Assembly (NCBI GenBank): GCA_051004775.1
Contig: JBPCJZ010000181.1
Span: 2,391 to 66,390 of the forward strand
DNA: 64,000 nt
Direction: 5' to 3'
Source: Gemmatimonadota bacterium
GTDB lineage: Bacteria; Gemmatimonadota; Gemmatimonadetes; Palauibacterales; Palauibacteraceae
Position 1 is the stretch's first letter. Each line of letters opens with the position of its first letter. Shown here one piece after another: positions 38,339-48,736 of the stretch. The notes beneath the pieces are model-generated. The model saw nothing but the letters and a program-made list of their open reading frames with translations, was not told the origin of the DNA and searched no databases. A program made the position numbers and the translations under genes.

Positions 38339-38974
38339 TCAAGGCACCGGGACGAGGACCACGTCGTCGCCGTCGAGCCGGATGGCCCCCACGTCGCGGT
38401 GCATGGGGGTGACGATTCTCCCGTTCGACGTCCGAATCCCTTCGGACGCGAGTCCCTGCACGACGAGCGGCAAAGCCATGGAGGGCAGCACGAGTTCACC
38501 TACCTGCAAGCTACGGACCTGGATCTCCAGTTCCCCTGCTCGCTCGACGGCGGGCACGAGCCCGACCAGCACACGGGAGGAATCGGCCATGAACGAGCGA
38601 ACCATGTCGGGCGTCTTGAACCCCTCCAGGTCGTCGGGGCGAATGCGCGCGGACAGGACGACGATCGAGTCCTGCACGTCGATCTGCGGATCCTCGACGC
38701 CCGCCGGCAGAGACGCGCCCGATCGGTACGTCAGGATACTCTGAAGTTCGGCTTCGCTGAGCCGGACCTCTTCCGTCAGACCCTCTCTCGCGATCCGGTC
38801 CAGCTTGCGCTCGGCCGACTGCGCCAGGCGCTCGCTCGGCTCTCGGTTGCCGCCGATCTCAAGACGGCCCATCCAGTCCGAAATCCGGTCGCGGGCCAGC
38901 CACGCGCCTCCCGCCAGGAGCAGAAGGAGCAGCAGGCAGCCGAGCCCGGAACGGCATCCCCTACGCGAAGCCAT
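38339..38974 (-). CDS. Hypothetical exported protein
   Basis: 211 aa, signal/anchor LGCLLLLLLLAGGAWLA. No recognisable domain. Confidence 0.45.
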   Translation of the reverse strand: MASRRGCRSGLGCLLLLLLLAGGAWLARDRISDWMGRLEIGGNREPSERLAQSAERKLDRIAREGLTEEVRLSEAELQSILTYRSGASLPAGVEDPQIDVQDSIVVLSARIRPDDLEGFKTPDMVRSFMADSSRVLVGLVPAVERAGELEIQVRSLQVGELVLPSMALPLVVQGLASEGIRTSNGRIVTPMHRDVGAIRLDGDDVVLVPVP

Positions 38975-39011
38975 GGCCCGTCTCGTCGTTCAGCATAGTC
39001 ATGAGCCGATG

Positions 39012-39602
39012 CTACGCGCGCGAGGCGCGTGGCGGTAGGGTTCTTCGTCCGAGATTGAGCCGATCCAGCCGCTCGTACTGCGCGCCCCCGGGCGACACGC
39101 GGCTGCGCATCAGGTCGAGGGACCGGATCGTCACGGCGGCATCGATCGTGAGACCCGGTGTCGAGGCCGCGAAAGCGCGGAAGGCTCCGGGAGAGGCGTC
39201 GCTCGTAGCGCGACCGAGAGTCACGTGCGGGCGGAAGGAGCGCCCGTCGCGCTCGAACCCTTCGGCGGCGAGGCTACGCTCGAGCCCATCGCGGAGCACC
39301 CGGAGCGCGGGCCCCGCGTCGATGGCGATCCAGATCACGCGGGGCCGGCGCGGCGAAGGAAACGCCCCCACCGAGCCGAAGCGGATCTCGAACGGCGCGG
39401 CCCCGGCGGCCGCCTCTTCCAGCACCTCGACAATGCGCGGACGTGCGGCGTCCGACTGTTCTCCCAGCCAGCGCAGGGTGAGATGGTAGTTCCCGGGCGG
39501 AACCCACCGAACCGGCAGACCGGTGGCCGCCAGCCGCCTGGACAGCCGCTCGAGCTCACGCTTCACGACGGAAGTCAGATTCACAGCAACGAACATGCGC
39601 AT
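39012..39602 (-). CDS. thpR: RNA 2',3'-cyclic phosphodiesterase ThpR (LigT-like 2H phosphoesterase)
   Basis: Two HxT/S motifs (HLTLRWLG and HVTLGRA). Start at MRMFVAVNL (the track ORF is N-extended). Confidence 0.8.
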   Translation of the reverse strand: MRMFVAVNLTSVVKRELERLSRRLAATGLPVRWVPPGNYHLTLRWLGEQSDAARPRIVEVLEEAAAGAAPFEIRFGSVGAFPSPRRPRVIWIAIDAGPALRVLRDGLERSLAAEGFERDGRSFRPHVTLGRATSDASPGAFRAFAASTPGLTIDAAVTIRSLDLMRSRVSPGGAQYERLDRLNLGRRTLPPRASRA

Positions 39603-39750
39603 CAGGAAACCTATCGACTTGCCGGACGCGCAGCGGCGGGTGCCGCCTCGCACGGGCCGCTGGAGGTCGGTACCATGTCGCGGACGGATCCCGCGCCGTG
39701 CCGCGGTATTCCCACGTCCCTCGATCACAGTGTCTTCAACTCCGAGTCCC

Positions 39751-40239
39751 ATGGACCAGTTTCGCATCGCGATCAGCAAGGAACAGATCCTGTTCGCCGC
39801 AGCCCACTTCATCACGTACGGGGACGGCACGGCGGAGGCGCTGCACGGCCACAACTATCGCGCCGGGGTCTCCATGGCCGGACCGCTCGACCCGCATCAC
39901 CTGGTGTTCGATTTCGTTCGCCTCAAACGCGAACTCGAGCAAGTGGTCGGCGAACTCGATCATCGCACGCTCCTGGCCTCCGGCAATCCGCTGCTGCCGC
40001 TGGAAGCCGCCGACGGCGAGATCGTCGTGCGGGCAAAAGAGCGGCGGTATGTCTTCCCCGCGTCCGACGTGAGGGTGCTCGACCTGCCCAACACCACGGC
40101 GGAGATGCTTGCCGCCTGGATCGCCGACCGCCTGCTCGAGCGGCTCGGGGCGGGTGCGGCGGGTCTCACGGAGATCGAGATCGAGGTCGAGGAGTCGAAC
40201 GGCCAATCAGCTTTCTGCCTTCGGCCGCTGCCCGGATGA
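39751..40239 (+). CDS. queD: 6-pyruvoyl-tetrahydropterin synthase family protein (QueD/PTPS-III-like)
   Basis: 162 aa, HGHNY zinc motif (AEALHGHNYRAGV) and ELDHRTL. No Cys in the CxxxHGH position. Its stop overlaps the pabB start (ATGA). Confidence 0.8.
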   Translation: MDQFRIAISKEQILFAAAHFITYGDGTAEALHGHNYRAGVSMAGPLDPHHLVFDFVRLKRELEQVVGELDHRTLLASGNPLLPLEAADGEIVVRAKERRYVFPASDVRVLDLPNTTAEMLAAWIADRLLERLGAGAAGLTEIEIEVEESNGQSAFCLRPLPG

Positions 40240-41741
40240 ACGAATCCGCGGTCGCCTCTCCGGCGACCGCCCCTCCCCCGGACGAGGCGTTCGGCAGGAT
40301 CGCCCACCTGCCCTACGCTCTCTGGCTCGATTCGGCCGCGGACACCGCGGGCACCGGGCGCCACTCCTTCGTAGCCGCCGATCCATATGGCGTGCTGCAG
40401 GTCCGAGGCGGCCGGACCACGTGGGCCACGGCCGAGGGCGAGCGTGAGATCGAGGGTTTGCCCCTGAACTTTCTCGACGAACATCTGCGCGAGGCGCGGA
40501 CGGCGGGTTCTTCTCCGCTGCCCTTCGACGGCGGGGCGGCCGGGTGGCTCTCGTACGAGCTGGGGGGCGAATTCGAGCGCCTGCCTCCGCCCCCCGGGCG
40601 CGACCATTCGCTTCCCGACCTTCACCTGGCCTTCTACGACTCCGTCGTGGGATGGGACCACGTGGCGGGAACGTGCCACGTCGTCTCGACCGGGAGGCCC
40701 GCGCTCGGGCGGTCGGCCGAGCGACGGGCGACAGAGCGGTTGGAGGCGACGCTCGCCTGGCTGACGGGCGACCGGCCGGCGACTTCGGGCCTCGGGGCGA
40801 TAGCGGCGTCGGCGTCGGCGTCGGCAGAGACGGCGGCTCGAGGCCGTCGCCGTTCTCTCGCGACCGTGCCGGAGCGGCCGGTCCCCGGATTTCCGTGGCT
40901 GTCGTCGACCACATCGGAGGCCGAGTACGTAGAGGATGTGGCCCGCGTCATCCGCGCGATCCGCGACGGAGACGTCTACCAGGTGAACCTGTCGCAGCGC
41001 TTCCTCGCGTCGGTGAGCCTCGATTCTTCCGAGCTGTACGCACGACTCAGGCGCCGCAGTCCGGCTCCGTACGGCGCCGTGATCCGGGCGGGCGGCGGGA
41101 CCGTCCTCAGCACGTCTCCGGAGCGCTTCCTGCGCGTCGACGCCGACCGTGGCGTGGAGACGCGGCCGATCAAGGGAACGCGTCCCCGCGCGGCAAACCC
41201 CGACGAGGACGCGAGGTTCGCCGCCGAACTCATGGCGAGCGAGAAGGACCGGGCGGAGAACCTCATGATCGTCGACCTGTTGCGGAACGACCTGTCCAGG
41301 GTCTGCCGGCCGGGCTCCATCCGCGTGCCGGAGCTGTTCCGGCTCGAATCGTGGGCCACGGTGCACCACCTCGTGTCCGTCGTCCAGGGGCGTCTACGGC
41401 CGAACGTCGGGGCCGGCGAACTCGTCCGCGCGACGTTCCCGTGCGGCTCCGTCACGGGGGCCCCGAAGATTCGCGCCATGGAGCTGATCGCGGAGCACGA
41501 GCGCGTCGCGCGCGGGCCATACTGCGGCGCGATCGGCTACTTCGGATTCGGCGGGCAGGTCGACCTGTCCGTCGCGATCCGTATCGTCGCGCTCGAAGGA
41601 TCGCGCGCCGTCTTCCACGCCGGTGGAGGGATCGTGTACGACTCCGACCCGGCGGACGAGTATCGCGAGACCCTCGACAAGGCGCGGGCCATCATCGAGG
41701 TCCTCGACCAGGCCGCTCCACGGGAGAGGAGCCGGCGATGA
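40236..41741 (+). CDS. pabB: Aminodeoxychorismate synthase component I (chorismate-binding enzyme, PabB/TrpE family)
   Basis: About 500 aa, chorismate-binding motifs (SPERFLRV...PIKGTRPR...FPCGSVTGAPKIRAMELI...GGGIV). The track ORF 39225.. is a spurious N-extension. Confidence 0.85.
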   Translation: MNESAVASPATAPPPDEAFGRIAHLPYALWLDSAADTAGTGRHSFVAADPYGVLQVRGGRTTWATAEGEREIEGLPLNFLDEHLREARTAGSSPLPFDGGAAGWLSYELGGEFERLPPPPGRDHSLPDLHLAFYDSVVGWDHVAGTCHVVSTGRPALGRSAERRATERLEATLAWLTGDRPATSGLGAIAASASASAETAARGRRRSLATVPERPVPGFPWLSSTTSEAEYVEDVARVIRAIRDGDVYQVNLSQRFLASVSLDSSELYARLRRRSPAPYGAVIRAGGGTVLSTSPERFLRVDADRGVETRPIKGTRPRAANPDEDARFAAELMASEKDRAENLMIVDLLRNDLSRVCRPGSIRVPELFRLESWATVHHLVSVVQGRLRPNVGAGELVRATFPCGSVTGAPKIRAMELIAEHERVARGPYCGAIGYFGFGGQVDLSVAIRIVALEGSRAVFHAGGGIVYDSDPADEYRETLDKARAIIEVLDQAAPRERSRR

Positions 41742-42358
41742 TCCTCCTCGTCGACAACTACGATTCTTTCTCTCACAACCTCGCGCGCTACTTCGAGGAA
41801 CTGGAGCGCGAGGTGCGAGTCGTGCGCAACGACGCCATGTCGGTCGCGGATGCGCTCGCCACGGCTCCCACTGCGATCGTTCTCTCCCCGGGCCCGGGGG
41901 GCCCGGGACAGGCGGGCATCTCGACGGAGCTCATCCGGCGGGCGCCCCCCGAGCTGCCCATCCTCGGGGTGTGCCTCGGCCAGCAGTGCATCAGCGTCGC
42001 GCACGGCGGGCCCGTGGGACCGGCGCCCGTCCCCGTGCACGGAAAGCTGACGGAGGTGCTGCACGACGGCGGCGACCTGTTCACCGGGATTCCGTCGCCG
42101 TTTCTCGCCACGCGCTATCACTCGCTCGTCGTGCCCGCCAACCGGCTCCCTCCCCGACTGCGTGCCCTCGCCCGGACGCGCGAGGGCACGTTGATGGCCC
42201 TGCGGGACCGTGAGCGACCGGTCTGGGGCGTGCAGTATCATCCGGAAGCCCTGCTCACGGAGCACGGCCACGCGCTGCTCGCCAATTTCCTCGCGCTCGC
42301 CGAGGGACGGACACCCGCCGGGACGATGGGGGATCTGCCGCCCCGCGAGTGCCCGTAG
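41738..42358 (+). CDS. pabA: Aminodeoxychorismate/anthranilate synthase component II (class I glutamine amidotransferase)
   Basis: MILLVDNYDSFSHNLARYF...GVCLGQQC...YHPE. GATase triad Cys-His-Glu. Start overlaps the pabB stop. Confidence 0.88.
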   Translation: MILLVDNYDSFSHNLARYFEELEREVRVVRNDAMSVADALATAPTAIVLSPGPGGPGQAGISTELIRRAPPELPILGVCLGQQCISVAHGGPVGPAPVPVHGKLTEVLHDGGDLFTGIPSPFLATRYHSLVVPANRLPPRLRALARTREGTLMALRDRERPVWGVQYHPEALLTEHGHALLANFLALAEGRTPAGTMGDLPPRECP

Positions 42359-42416
42359 CAGACCGCTGCAACGACTGTAGAGGGTCGCGCGCGCGACGCT
42401 TACGCTGCTCGGACAC

Positions 42417-43946
42417 TCACCCGGCGGGCCGGAACTCTCCCGCACGCCGGCGGTGCGCGAGCGCCTCGAGGACGTGCGGCGCACGAACCGCGGCGCTCTC
42501 GGCCAGGTCGGCGATCGTTCGGGCCACGCGCAGCACCCGGTGACAGACCCGCATGCTGAGCCGGGACTGCCGGGCGGCCTGGACGAGAAGCACGGCACCT
42601 TCGTCGTCGGGCCGGCAGTAGAGGCGTTGGCGGGTAAGGTCGAGGGCCGCGTTGGGCTCGGGCTGGCCGCGCGCGAGGCGGAACCGGCGGGCCGCGGCCA
42701 CGCGGCGGGCGACGGTTGCGCTGCTCTCCCCGGGCGAACCGTCCAACGCGCTCCATTCTCCCCCTGCCATTTCATGGATCATGTCGATCCGATCCAGCAG
42801 GGGGCCACTGACCGTCCGGAAGTAGCGGCGTATCTGCCACTCGCTGCACACGCACGAACTCGCCCCCGACGTCACGTATCCGCAGGGACATCCGTTCATC
42901 GCGGCGACGAGCTGGAAGGCGGCGGGGAGAGTGACCGCGCCGGTCGCGCGTACCAGGCGCATGGTTCCGGTCTCGAGCGGCTGGCGCAGGGCGTCGAGGA
43001 CGCCGGGCCGGAACTCGCCGAGTTCGTCGAGGAACAGGACACCGCGATGCGCCAGCGACGCTTCCCCCGGCCGGAGCTGCGAGCCGCCGCCGACGAGACC
43101 GACGGCGGTCACGAGGTGATGCGGCGCCCGAAACGGCCGGACCGCCAGGAGACCGTCGGCCGGATCGAGCAGCCCGGCGACGCTGTGGACGATGCTCGCC
43201 TCTACCGCCTCCTCGGGGGTGAGCGGCGGCAACAGGCCGGGAAGGCGCCGCGCGAGCATCGTCTTGCCGACGCCCGGTTCGCCGAGCAGCAGGACGTGGT
43301 GCCCGCCGGCCGCCGCGATCTCGAGCACCCGCCGCGCCACCACCTGGCCCTGTACCTCGGCCAGATCAGGCTCCGAAGGCCGTCCGTTCGAGCCCCCGCG
43401 GTGAGGGGACGGGCTCGTCCGGGGAAGATCCGGTCCGCCGGACAGGTACGCGATGACCTGGGTCAGCGAAACGGCGCCCCGCACCACCACGTCGTCCGCG
43501 GTTGCCGCCTCGCGCAGGTTCGCCTGCGGCACGATGAGGCTATGCACCGCCGCGTCGGCGGCGCACCGCAGGGTAACCGGAAGCACGCCGCGCACGGGGC
43601 GGATGCCGCCGTCCAGGCCCAGTTCCCCGATTGCGGCGAGCCCGGTCAGGGCCTCCACCGGGACGTGGCCCGCCGCGGCCAGCACGGCGATGAGGATCGG
43701 CAGGTCGAAGGCCGCGCCGCTCTTGGGCAGGTCCGCCGGAGCGAGGTTGACCGTGATCCGCAGCCCCGGGATCGTCAGGCCGGCGCGACCGGCGGCCGCG
43801 CGGATTCGCTCGACGCACTGGAGGGCGGCCCCCGGCGGCATGCCGACGATCCGGACCATCGGAGTCCCGCGCCGGATCGAAGCCTCGACCCGAACCCGCA
43901 TGGGCTCCAGTCCTACGAGCGCGAACGTCGTGAGAGAGCGGTACAC
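42417..43946 (-). CDS. yifB: YifB/ComM family Mg-chelatase-like AAA+ ATPase
   Basis: 509 aa, N-terminal Lon-SSD-like domain, Walker A GEPGVGKT, Walker B VLFLDELGEF, C-terminal Mg-chelatase domain. Confidence 0.88.
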   Translation of the reverse strand: MYRSLTTFALVGLEPMRVRVEASIRRGTPMVRIVGMPPGAALQCVERIRAAAGRAGLTIPGLRITVNLAPADLPKSGAAFDLPILIAVLAAAGHVPVEALTGLAAIGELGLDGGIRPVRGVLPVTLRCAADAAVHSLIVPQANLREAATADDVVVRGAVSLTQVIAYLSGGPDLPRTSPSPHRGGSNGRPSEPDLAEVQGQVVARRVLEIAAAGGHHVLLLGEPGVGKTMLARRLPGLLPPLTPEEAVEASIVHSVAGLLDPADGLLAVRPFRAPHHLVTAVGLVGGGSQLRPGEASLAHRGVLFLDELGEFRPGVLDALRQPLETGTMRLVRATGAVTLPAAFQLVAAMNGCPCGYVTSGASSCVCSEWQIRRYFRTVSGPLLDRIDMIHEMAGGEWSALDGSPGESSATVARRVAAARRFRLARGQPEPNAALDLTRQRLYCRPDDEGAVLLVQAARQSRLSMRVCHRVLRVARTIADLAESAAVRAPHVLEALAHRRRAGEFRPAG

Positions 43947-44046
43947 GCCCGGCAGATACGTTCGAGCCTCAACGAGTGATCAAAGAAGCTCGCCGAAGAA
44001 CGCCTCGACGACCCCGCGCGACGACCCCGCGTGTCGCCCCCCGGCG

Positions 44047-44751
44047 CTACCCGCCGTAGAACGAAGCGATCTTCTCGAGCGGCTCGCGCTCGAGCGCCGG
44101 CACCCTGGCCCCCGGCGCCGGATAGCCGGCGACGAGCAGAAGGAACGGGCGCTCGTTCTCGGGCCGTTCGAGGAGCGACCCCAGGAATCCCATGGGGCTC
44201 GGGGTATGAGTGAGCGTGACGAGCCCGGCGTGGTGGAGTGCGGTAATGAGGATGCCGGTCGCGATTCCCACGGATTCCTGCACGTAATAGTGCTTGTGAC
44301 GCTCGCCGTCGGGACCGAGTCCCCAGCTACGGGCGAACACCACGATCAGGCAGGACGCGGACTCGAGAAACGGCTTGCTCGCGTTCGTTCCGAGCGGCTC
44401 GAGCGCCGCCAGCCACTCGTCCGGCGCCCGGCCGGAGTAGAACTCGCGTTCGGCCTCCTCGGCCGCCACTCGGATCCGGCGCTTCAGCTCGGGATCGCGG
44501 ACCACGGCGAAGTGCCATGGCTGCATGTGGGCGCCACTCGGCGCCGTGCCCGCGGCGCGGACGCAGTCCTCGATGACCTCGAGTGGAACTTCGCGGTCGG
44601 AGTAGTCGCGCACCGTTCGGCGGCGCCGCACGTCTTCGTAGAAGTCGCGGGCCCTCTCCCGCATCTCGGGCTGCCTGCGCTCGATCCAGCTCGTGAGGGG
44701 AACGAACTCGTGCCTCGGCGCCTCGCTGACGTCCCGCTCCTCTTCGCTCAC
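44047..44751 (-). CDS. Nitroreductase-family flavoprotein
   Basis: [13 protein letters not shown]...[12 protein letters not shown] is the nitroreductase fold signature. Confidence 0.7.
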   Translation of the reverse strand: MSEEERDVSEAPRHEFVPLTSWIERRQPEMRERARDFYEDVRRRRTVRDYSDREVPLEVIEDCVRAAGTAPSGAHMQPWHFAVVRDPELKRRIRVAAEEAEREFYSGRAPDEWLAALEPLGTNASKPFLESASCLIVVFARSWGLGPDGERHKHYYVQESVGIATGILITALHHAGLVTLTHTPSPMGFLGSLLERPENERPFLLLVAGYPAPGARVPALEREPLEKIASFYGG

Positions 44752-44910
44752 CCGGTACCTCGTCTCGGTTGACGCCCCTGGTTGACGCCCAGCCCAGTCT
44801 TGATGTCACGCGACGCGACGCCTAACGTCCGGGGCCCGCAGTATGGTCGTCTTACCGGGAGGATCGCCCTGGCCCAACCCACTGTCCAGACCGAAGGCCG
44901 TCGGACACGC

Positions 44911-45861
44911 ATGGCCGGACGGCGGTCCGTCGGCCTTGCCCTCGCGATCGGCGCCGGGATCCTCTGGGGCACCACCGGGCCCCTGAGCACCGCCCTGTAC
45001 GCGGAGGGCGCGGCCCTCACGTCCGTCGGATTCTGGAGGGTCGCGCTCGGCGGCGTGGGCCTCGCGATCTGGGGCCTGTTTCACCGCGAGCTCTTCTCCG
45101 CGGACCGCGCGGGCCTGCTGGTCGTGGGACTCCTCGGAGGCGCCTGCGTCGCCGGGTTCGAGGTCGCCTACCAGTTCGCGATCGCCGGGGTGGGCGTGGC
45201 GGGCGCCGCGGCCCTCCTCTATACCGCCCCGTTCATGGTCGCCGTCGCGGCCCGGGTATTCCTCGGTGAAGCCCTCACGCCGCTGCGAATCCTGCTGGCT
45301 CTCGGCGTCATGGCCGGCGCCACGCTGACGGTGCGGGGCGGCTCCGGGGTCGAGACGATCTTCGCATCCCGCGGAGAAGGGTTGCTGCTCGGCGTGGCCG
45401 GCGGACTCATCGCGGCGATTTCCTATGCCGGGACCACGCTCGTCGGGCGTTGGGCGGTCCCGCGTTACGGCCCGCTCAGGGTGCTGTGGATGGAGATCGT
45501 GGGCGGCATCCTGATCCTCGGCATGGCGCTCCCGCTGTTCGGTCGCGCGCCGCGAGCGCCCGTTGGCGCGGACGCCTGGCTGTACATCGCCCTTCTCGCC
45601 ATCGGCACCGTAATCGCGGCCAACGTCCTGTTCTTCGGGGCGCTCGAGCGGGCGGAAGCGGCGCCGGTGTCCGTCGCTACGACGGTGGAGCCCGTGGCGG
45701 GAGCGCTCCTGGCCCTCGCCCTTCTCGGCCAGGGGCTGACCCCGGCCGGCTGGGGCGGCCTCTGCCTCGTCGTCCTCTGCGTGGCTACCGGAGTCATGGT
45801 CGAGAGCCGGACCCGGTCCGGCGAGGTCCCGTGTCCGGACCCCGGGCGTTCGGTAGGTTAA
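44911..45861 (+). CDS. EamA/DMT-family transporter (10 TM)
   Basis: Start ATG 44911 (MAGRRSVGLALAIGAGILWGTTGP). Two EamA repeats. Confidence 0.75.
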   Translation: MAGRRSVGLALAIGAGILWGTTGPLSTALYAEGAALTSVGFWRVALGGVGLAIWGLFHRELFSADRAGLLVVGLLGGACVAGFEVAYQFAIAGVGVAGAAALLYTAPFMVAVAARVFLGEALTPLRILLALGVMAGATLTVRGGSGVETIFASRGEGLLLGVAGGLIAAISYAGTTLVGRWAVPRYGPLRVLWMEIVGGILILGMALPLFGRAPRAPVGADAWLYIALLAIGTVIAANVLFFGALERAEAAPVSVATTVEPVAGALLALALLGQGLTPAGWGGLCLVVLCVATGVMVESRTRSGEVPCPDPGRSVG

Positions 45862-45869
45862 CCGGCGTG

Positions 45870-46586
45870 CCTAACGAACCTTCTAGACCCGTGGCGGACA
45901 CGCGCAGGCTCGACGAACTGAACTGGCGCGAGGTCGCGGACTGGTTCCGCCGCGATCCCCGGCTCCTCCTGCCGGTCGGCGGCTGCATCCAGCACGGGCC
46001 GCACCTTCCGCTCGGGACCGACAATCGCATCACCGAGCGCCTGGCGATCGACATATGCGACCGGACGGGAATCCTTCTGGCTCCGCTCATGCCGTACGGG
46101 GTCGCGTCACGCGAGGACCTTGCATACGCTGGCACGGCCGGACTGGAGCGAAAGACCCTCCACAGGGTACTCAATGAACTGGTGGCTTCGTGGGAGCGGC
46201 AGGGGCTGGAGGAGATCACCCTGCTGACCACGAACGGAAACGCCCGGAACATCCAGGCGCTGGCGATGGTGATCGGTGACACGGTCCGCGTCCGCTCCGT
46301 CGATACGCGGGCGATCGACGTATCGCGCTTCCTGACATCCGCGACATCGGACAACGCGGGCGAGTTCGAGACTTCCATCATGCTGCACCTCGCCCCCGAA
46401 CTGGTGCGTGAGACAGCGGTGGAGGACCTGGCGGCCCAGGTCGCCGGAAGGGCTAAACCGCCACCCGTGAAGGGTACGTCGGGCGTCGTTGGGACCCCGT
46501 CGGCGGCAAACGCGAAAAAGGGACTGGAACTGTATGAATATCTCGTCGACAGCATCGTTGGGCGGCTCGGCGCGCTGGATCCTTAG
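45870..46586 (+). CDS. Creatininase-family amidohydrolase
   Basis: LLLPVGGCIQHGPHLPLGTD... creatinine amidohydrolase fold motif. The start (GTG) is approximate. Confidence 0.7.
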   Translation, partial: PNEPSRPVADTRRLDELNWREVADWFRRDPRLLLPVGGCIQHGPHLPLGTDNRITERLAIDICDRTGILLAPLMPYGVASREDLAYAGTAGLERKTLHRVLNELVASWERQGLEEITLLTTNGNARNIQALAMVIGDTVRVRSVDTRAIDVSRFLTSATSDNAGEFETSIMLHLAPELVRETAVEDLAAQVAGRAKPPPVKGTSGVVGTPSAANAKKGLELYEYLVDSIVGRLGALDP

Positions 46587-47271
46587 GTCGGCCGGCTGCG
46601 CGACCGCGGTAGTGGCCGCGGGACTCCTCCCGGCATCGGCCGTTGCGCAGGACCCGAACCTCGTCGACCAGGGCCGCTACGACATCACGATCGGAGATCG
46701 GGCGGCGGGCACCGAGACCTTCGCGATCCGGCGCCAGGGCGACGGCTACATGTCCGTCGGCCGCCTCCAGATCGAGCAGGGCTCGGCCTGGCTCCGGTCG
46801 GGCGAGTTCGGACTTCGCACGGATGGGGCGTTCGCGCCGCTCCGCTACGAGACCAAGTCCTCCGATGGGGGCCAGGGGATCCGGCTGACGAGGGCGGGCA
46901 CCCGGATTCGCGTGTCGAACTCGACGGCGGAGGGTGAGAGACTGACGGAACTCCTCGCCGATCCGAACCAGGTACTCCTCGATCCGGGGATCGCTCAGCA
47001 CTATTACTTCTTCGTTCGGCGCGTGACCGCGGGGGCGACAGGCTCGCTTAAGGCGCTCCTTCCCGGGGAGGCCCAGGAGGTGCCGATACGGCTCGTCGGC
47101 ACCACGGACACCGAGGTCCAGGCGGCCGGTTCTCGCCAGCCGGCCCGCCGCTATGAATTCACCGTGGGCGGCGCCACGCATCTCGTGTGGGCCGATCCCG
47201 CGGACGGCCGCATCCTCCGGGTCGAGGTTCCGGATCGGCAGTGGCGCAGCGTGCGCCGCGCGGAGAACTAG
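46534..47271 (+). CDS. Hypothetical secreted protein
   Basis: Signal peptide MNISSTASLGGSARWILRSAGCATAVVAAGLLPASAVAQD. No family recognised. Confidence 0.45.
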   Translation: MNISSTASLGGSARWILRSAGCATAVVAAGLLPASAVAQDPNLVDQGRYDITIGDRAAGTETFAIRRQGDGYMSVGRLQIEQGSAWLRSGEFGLRTDGAFAPLRYETKSSDGGQGIRLTRAGTRIRVSNSTAEGERLTELLADPNQVLLDPGIAQHYYFFVRRVTAGATGSLKALLPGEAQEVPIRLVGTTDTEVQAAGSRQPARRYEFTVGGATHLVWADPADGRILRVEVPDRQWRSVRRAEN

Positions 47272-47437
47272 CAGTTCTTCAACTGGCTTCCAGCCGCGAA
47301 TGACCGCCGCCAGCAACGTGTACCCTTCAGTGCGTGTTCTCTCGTCGAGACCGCGAAACAGCAGGCGGCCGATCGCCGTAGGGTGAGCGGCCGGACTCTT
47401 CGAATCGATCAGCCCGAACCTCAGGCCGGACCATAGC

Positions 47438-48736
47438 ATGTCACGAAAGAAGAAAATTCTCATCGGAGGGGGCGCGCTGGTCGCCCTCGCGGTCATCGTC
47501 GGCGCGCTCCGCGCGGGCGGAAGCGATGCCGTTTCCGTGCGCACCGAGCAGGTCACGCGGCGTGATCTCGTGGCGCGGGTTTCCGCCACGGGCCACATCG
47601 AGCCGAAGACCTCGGTCGACATCAGCGCCGACGTCTCGGGACGGATCGTCGAGCTCACGGTCGAAGAAGGCGACGACGTGAAGGAGGGCGAACTGCTCCT
47701 CGTGATCGACGACGCGCGTTTCCGCGCCGCTCTGCAGCGTGCCCGGGCTTCACTGGCCGATGCCAAGGCCCGGGAGACGCAGGCCAGGGGCAACTTCGAC
47801 CAGTCGGCCCGTGACTTCGAGCGCATCCGCGAACTGAAGCAGCGCCTGCCGGAGATGGTTACGGACAGCGAGTTCGAGGTGGCCCGGACCCGGTCCGAGG
47901 TCCAGGCGGCGCTGCTCGAATCGTCACAGCACAACGTCGAGATGGCGCGGGCCGGGGTCCGCGAGGCCGACGACCAGCTCTCGAAGACCGTGATCCGCGC
48001 CCCAATGTCCGGTCGTGTCACGCGGCTCAACGTGGAGCGGGGGGAGACGGCGGTCGTCGGGACGATGAACAACCCGGGCAGCCTCCTGCTCACCGTCGCC
48101 GACCTTTCGGTGATGGAGGCGGTGATCGAGGTGGACGAGACGGACGTGCCGGAGATTTCCGTCGGAGACTCGGTATCCGTGCGCATCGACGCGTTCGGCG
48201 AACGCGAGTTCGTCGGGCGGGTGACGACGATTGGCAATTCGTCGCTCACGCCGCGGGCGCAGCTCTCTTCGGACCAGGCGATCGACTTCGAAGTCCGGGT
48301 CACGCTGGAGAACCTGGAAGTAGACCTGCGGACGGACCTGTCGGCGACCGCCGACGTCATCACGGACGTCCGCCCGAACGCGCTGTCGATTCCTATCATC
48401 GCACTCACGCTGCTGGATTCCGACGAGTTCGAGCGCCTCCCGAACGAAACGGGCGGGAGCCCGGCCGGCGGCTCGGGGAATCGAGACGGCGTGGAGGGCG
48501 TCTTCGTGGTGGAGGGCGGTATCGTCCGGTTCCGACCGGTCGAGGTCGGGATCGCGGGCGACAGCTACTTCGAAGTGATCAGTGGGCTTGACGAAGGAGC
48601 GACCCTCGTGGCAGGCAGCTTCCAGGCGATCCGTGAACTGTCCGATGGCGACCCGATCGTGGTCGAGGCGTCCGACAAGCGAACTACCCAGGCGAACCGC
48701 GGCGCGGCCGGGGCGGCGGAGGAGAGCGAGAAGTGA
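47438..48736 (+). CDS. macA: Efflux transporter periplasmic adaptor subunit (HlyD/MacA family)
   Basis: TM anchor, biotinyl-lipoyl-like hairpin, coiled-coil, beta-barrel segments. Confidence 0.85.
   Translation: MSRKKKILIGGGALVALAVIVGALRAGGSDAVSVRTEQVTRRDLVARVSATGHIEPKTSVDISADVSGRIVELTVEEGDDVKEGELLLVIDDARFRAALQRARASLADAKARETQARGNFDQSARDFERIRELKQRLPEMVTDSEFEVARTRSEVQAALLESSQHNVEMARAGVREADDQLSKTVIRAPMSGRVTRLNVERGETAVVGTMNNPGSLLLTVADLSVMEAVIEVDETDVPEISVGDSVSVRIDAFGEREFVGRVTTIGNSSLTPRAQLSSDQAIDFEVRVTLENLEVDLRTDLSATADVITDVRPNALSIPIIALTLLDSDEFERLPNETGGSPAGGSGNRDGVEGVFVVEGGIVRFRPVEVGIAGDSYFEVISGLDEGATLVAGSFQAIRELSDGDPIVVEASDKRTTQANRGAAGAAEESEK

Noticed and set aside
39225-40235. Upstream 336 aa of track ORF 39225..41741, and upstream part of 40544..42358
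   Set aside because: These overlap thpR/queD or pabB in other frames. pabB and pabA start at ATGA overlaps with the preceding stops.
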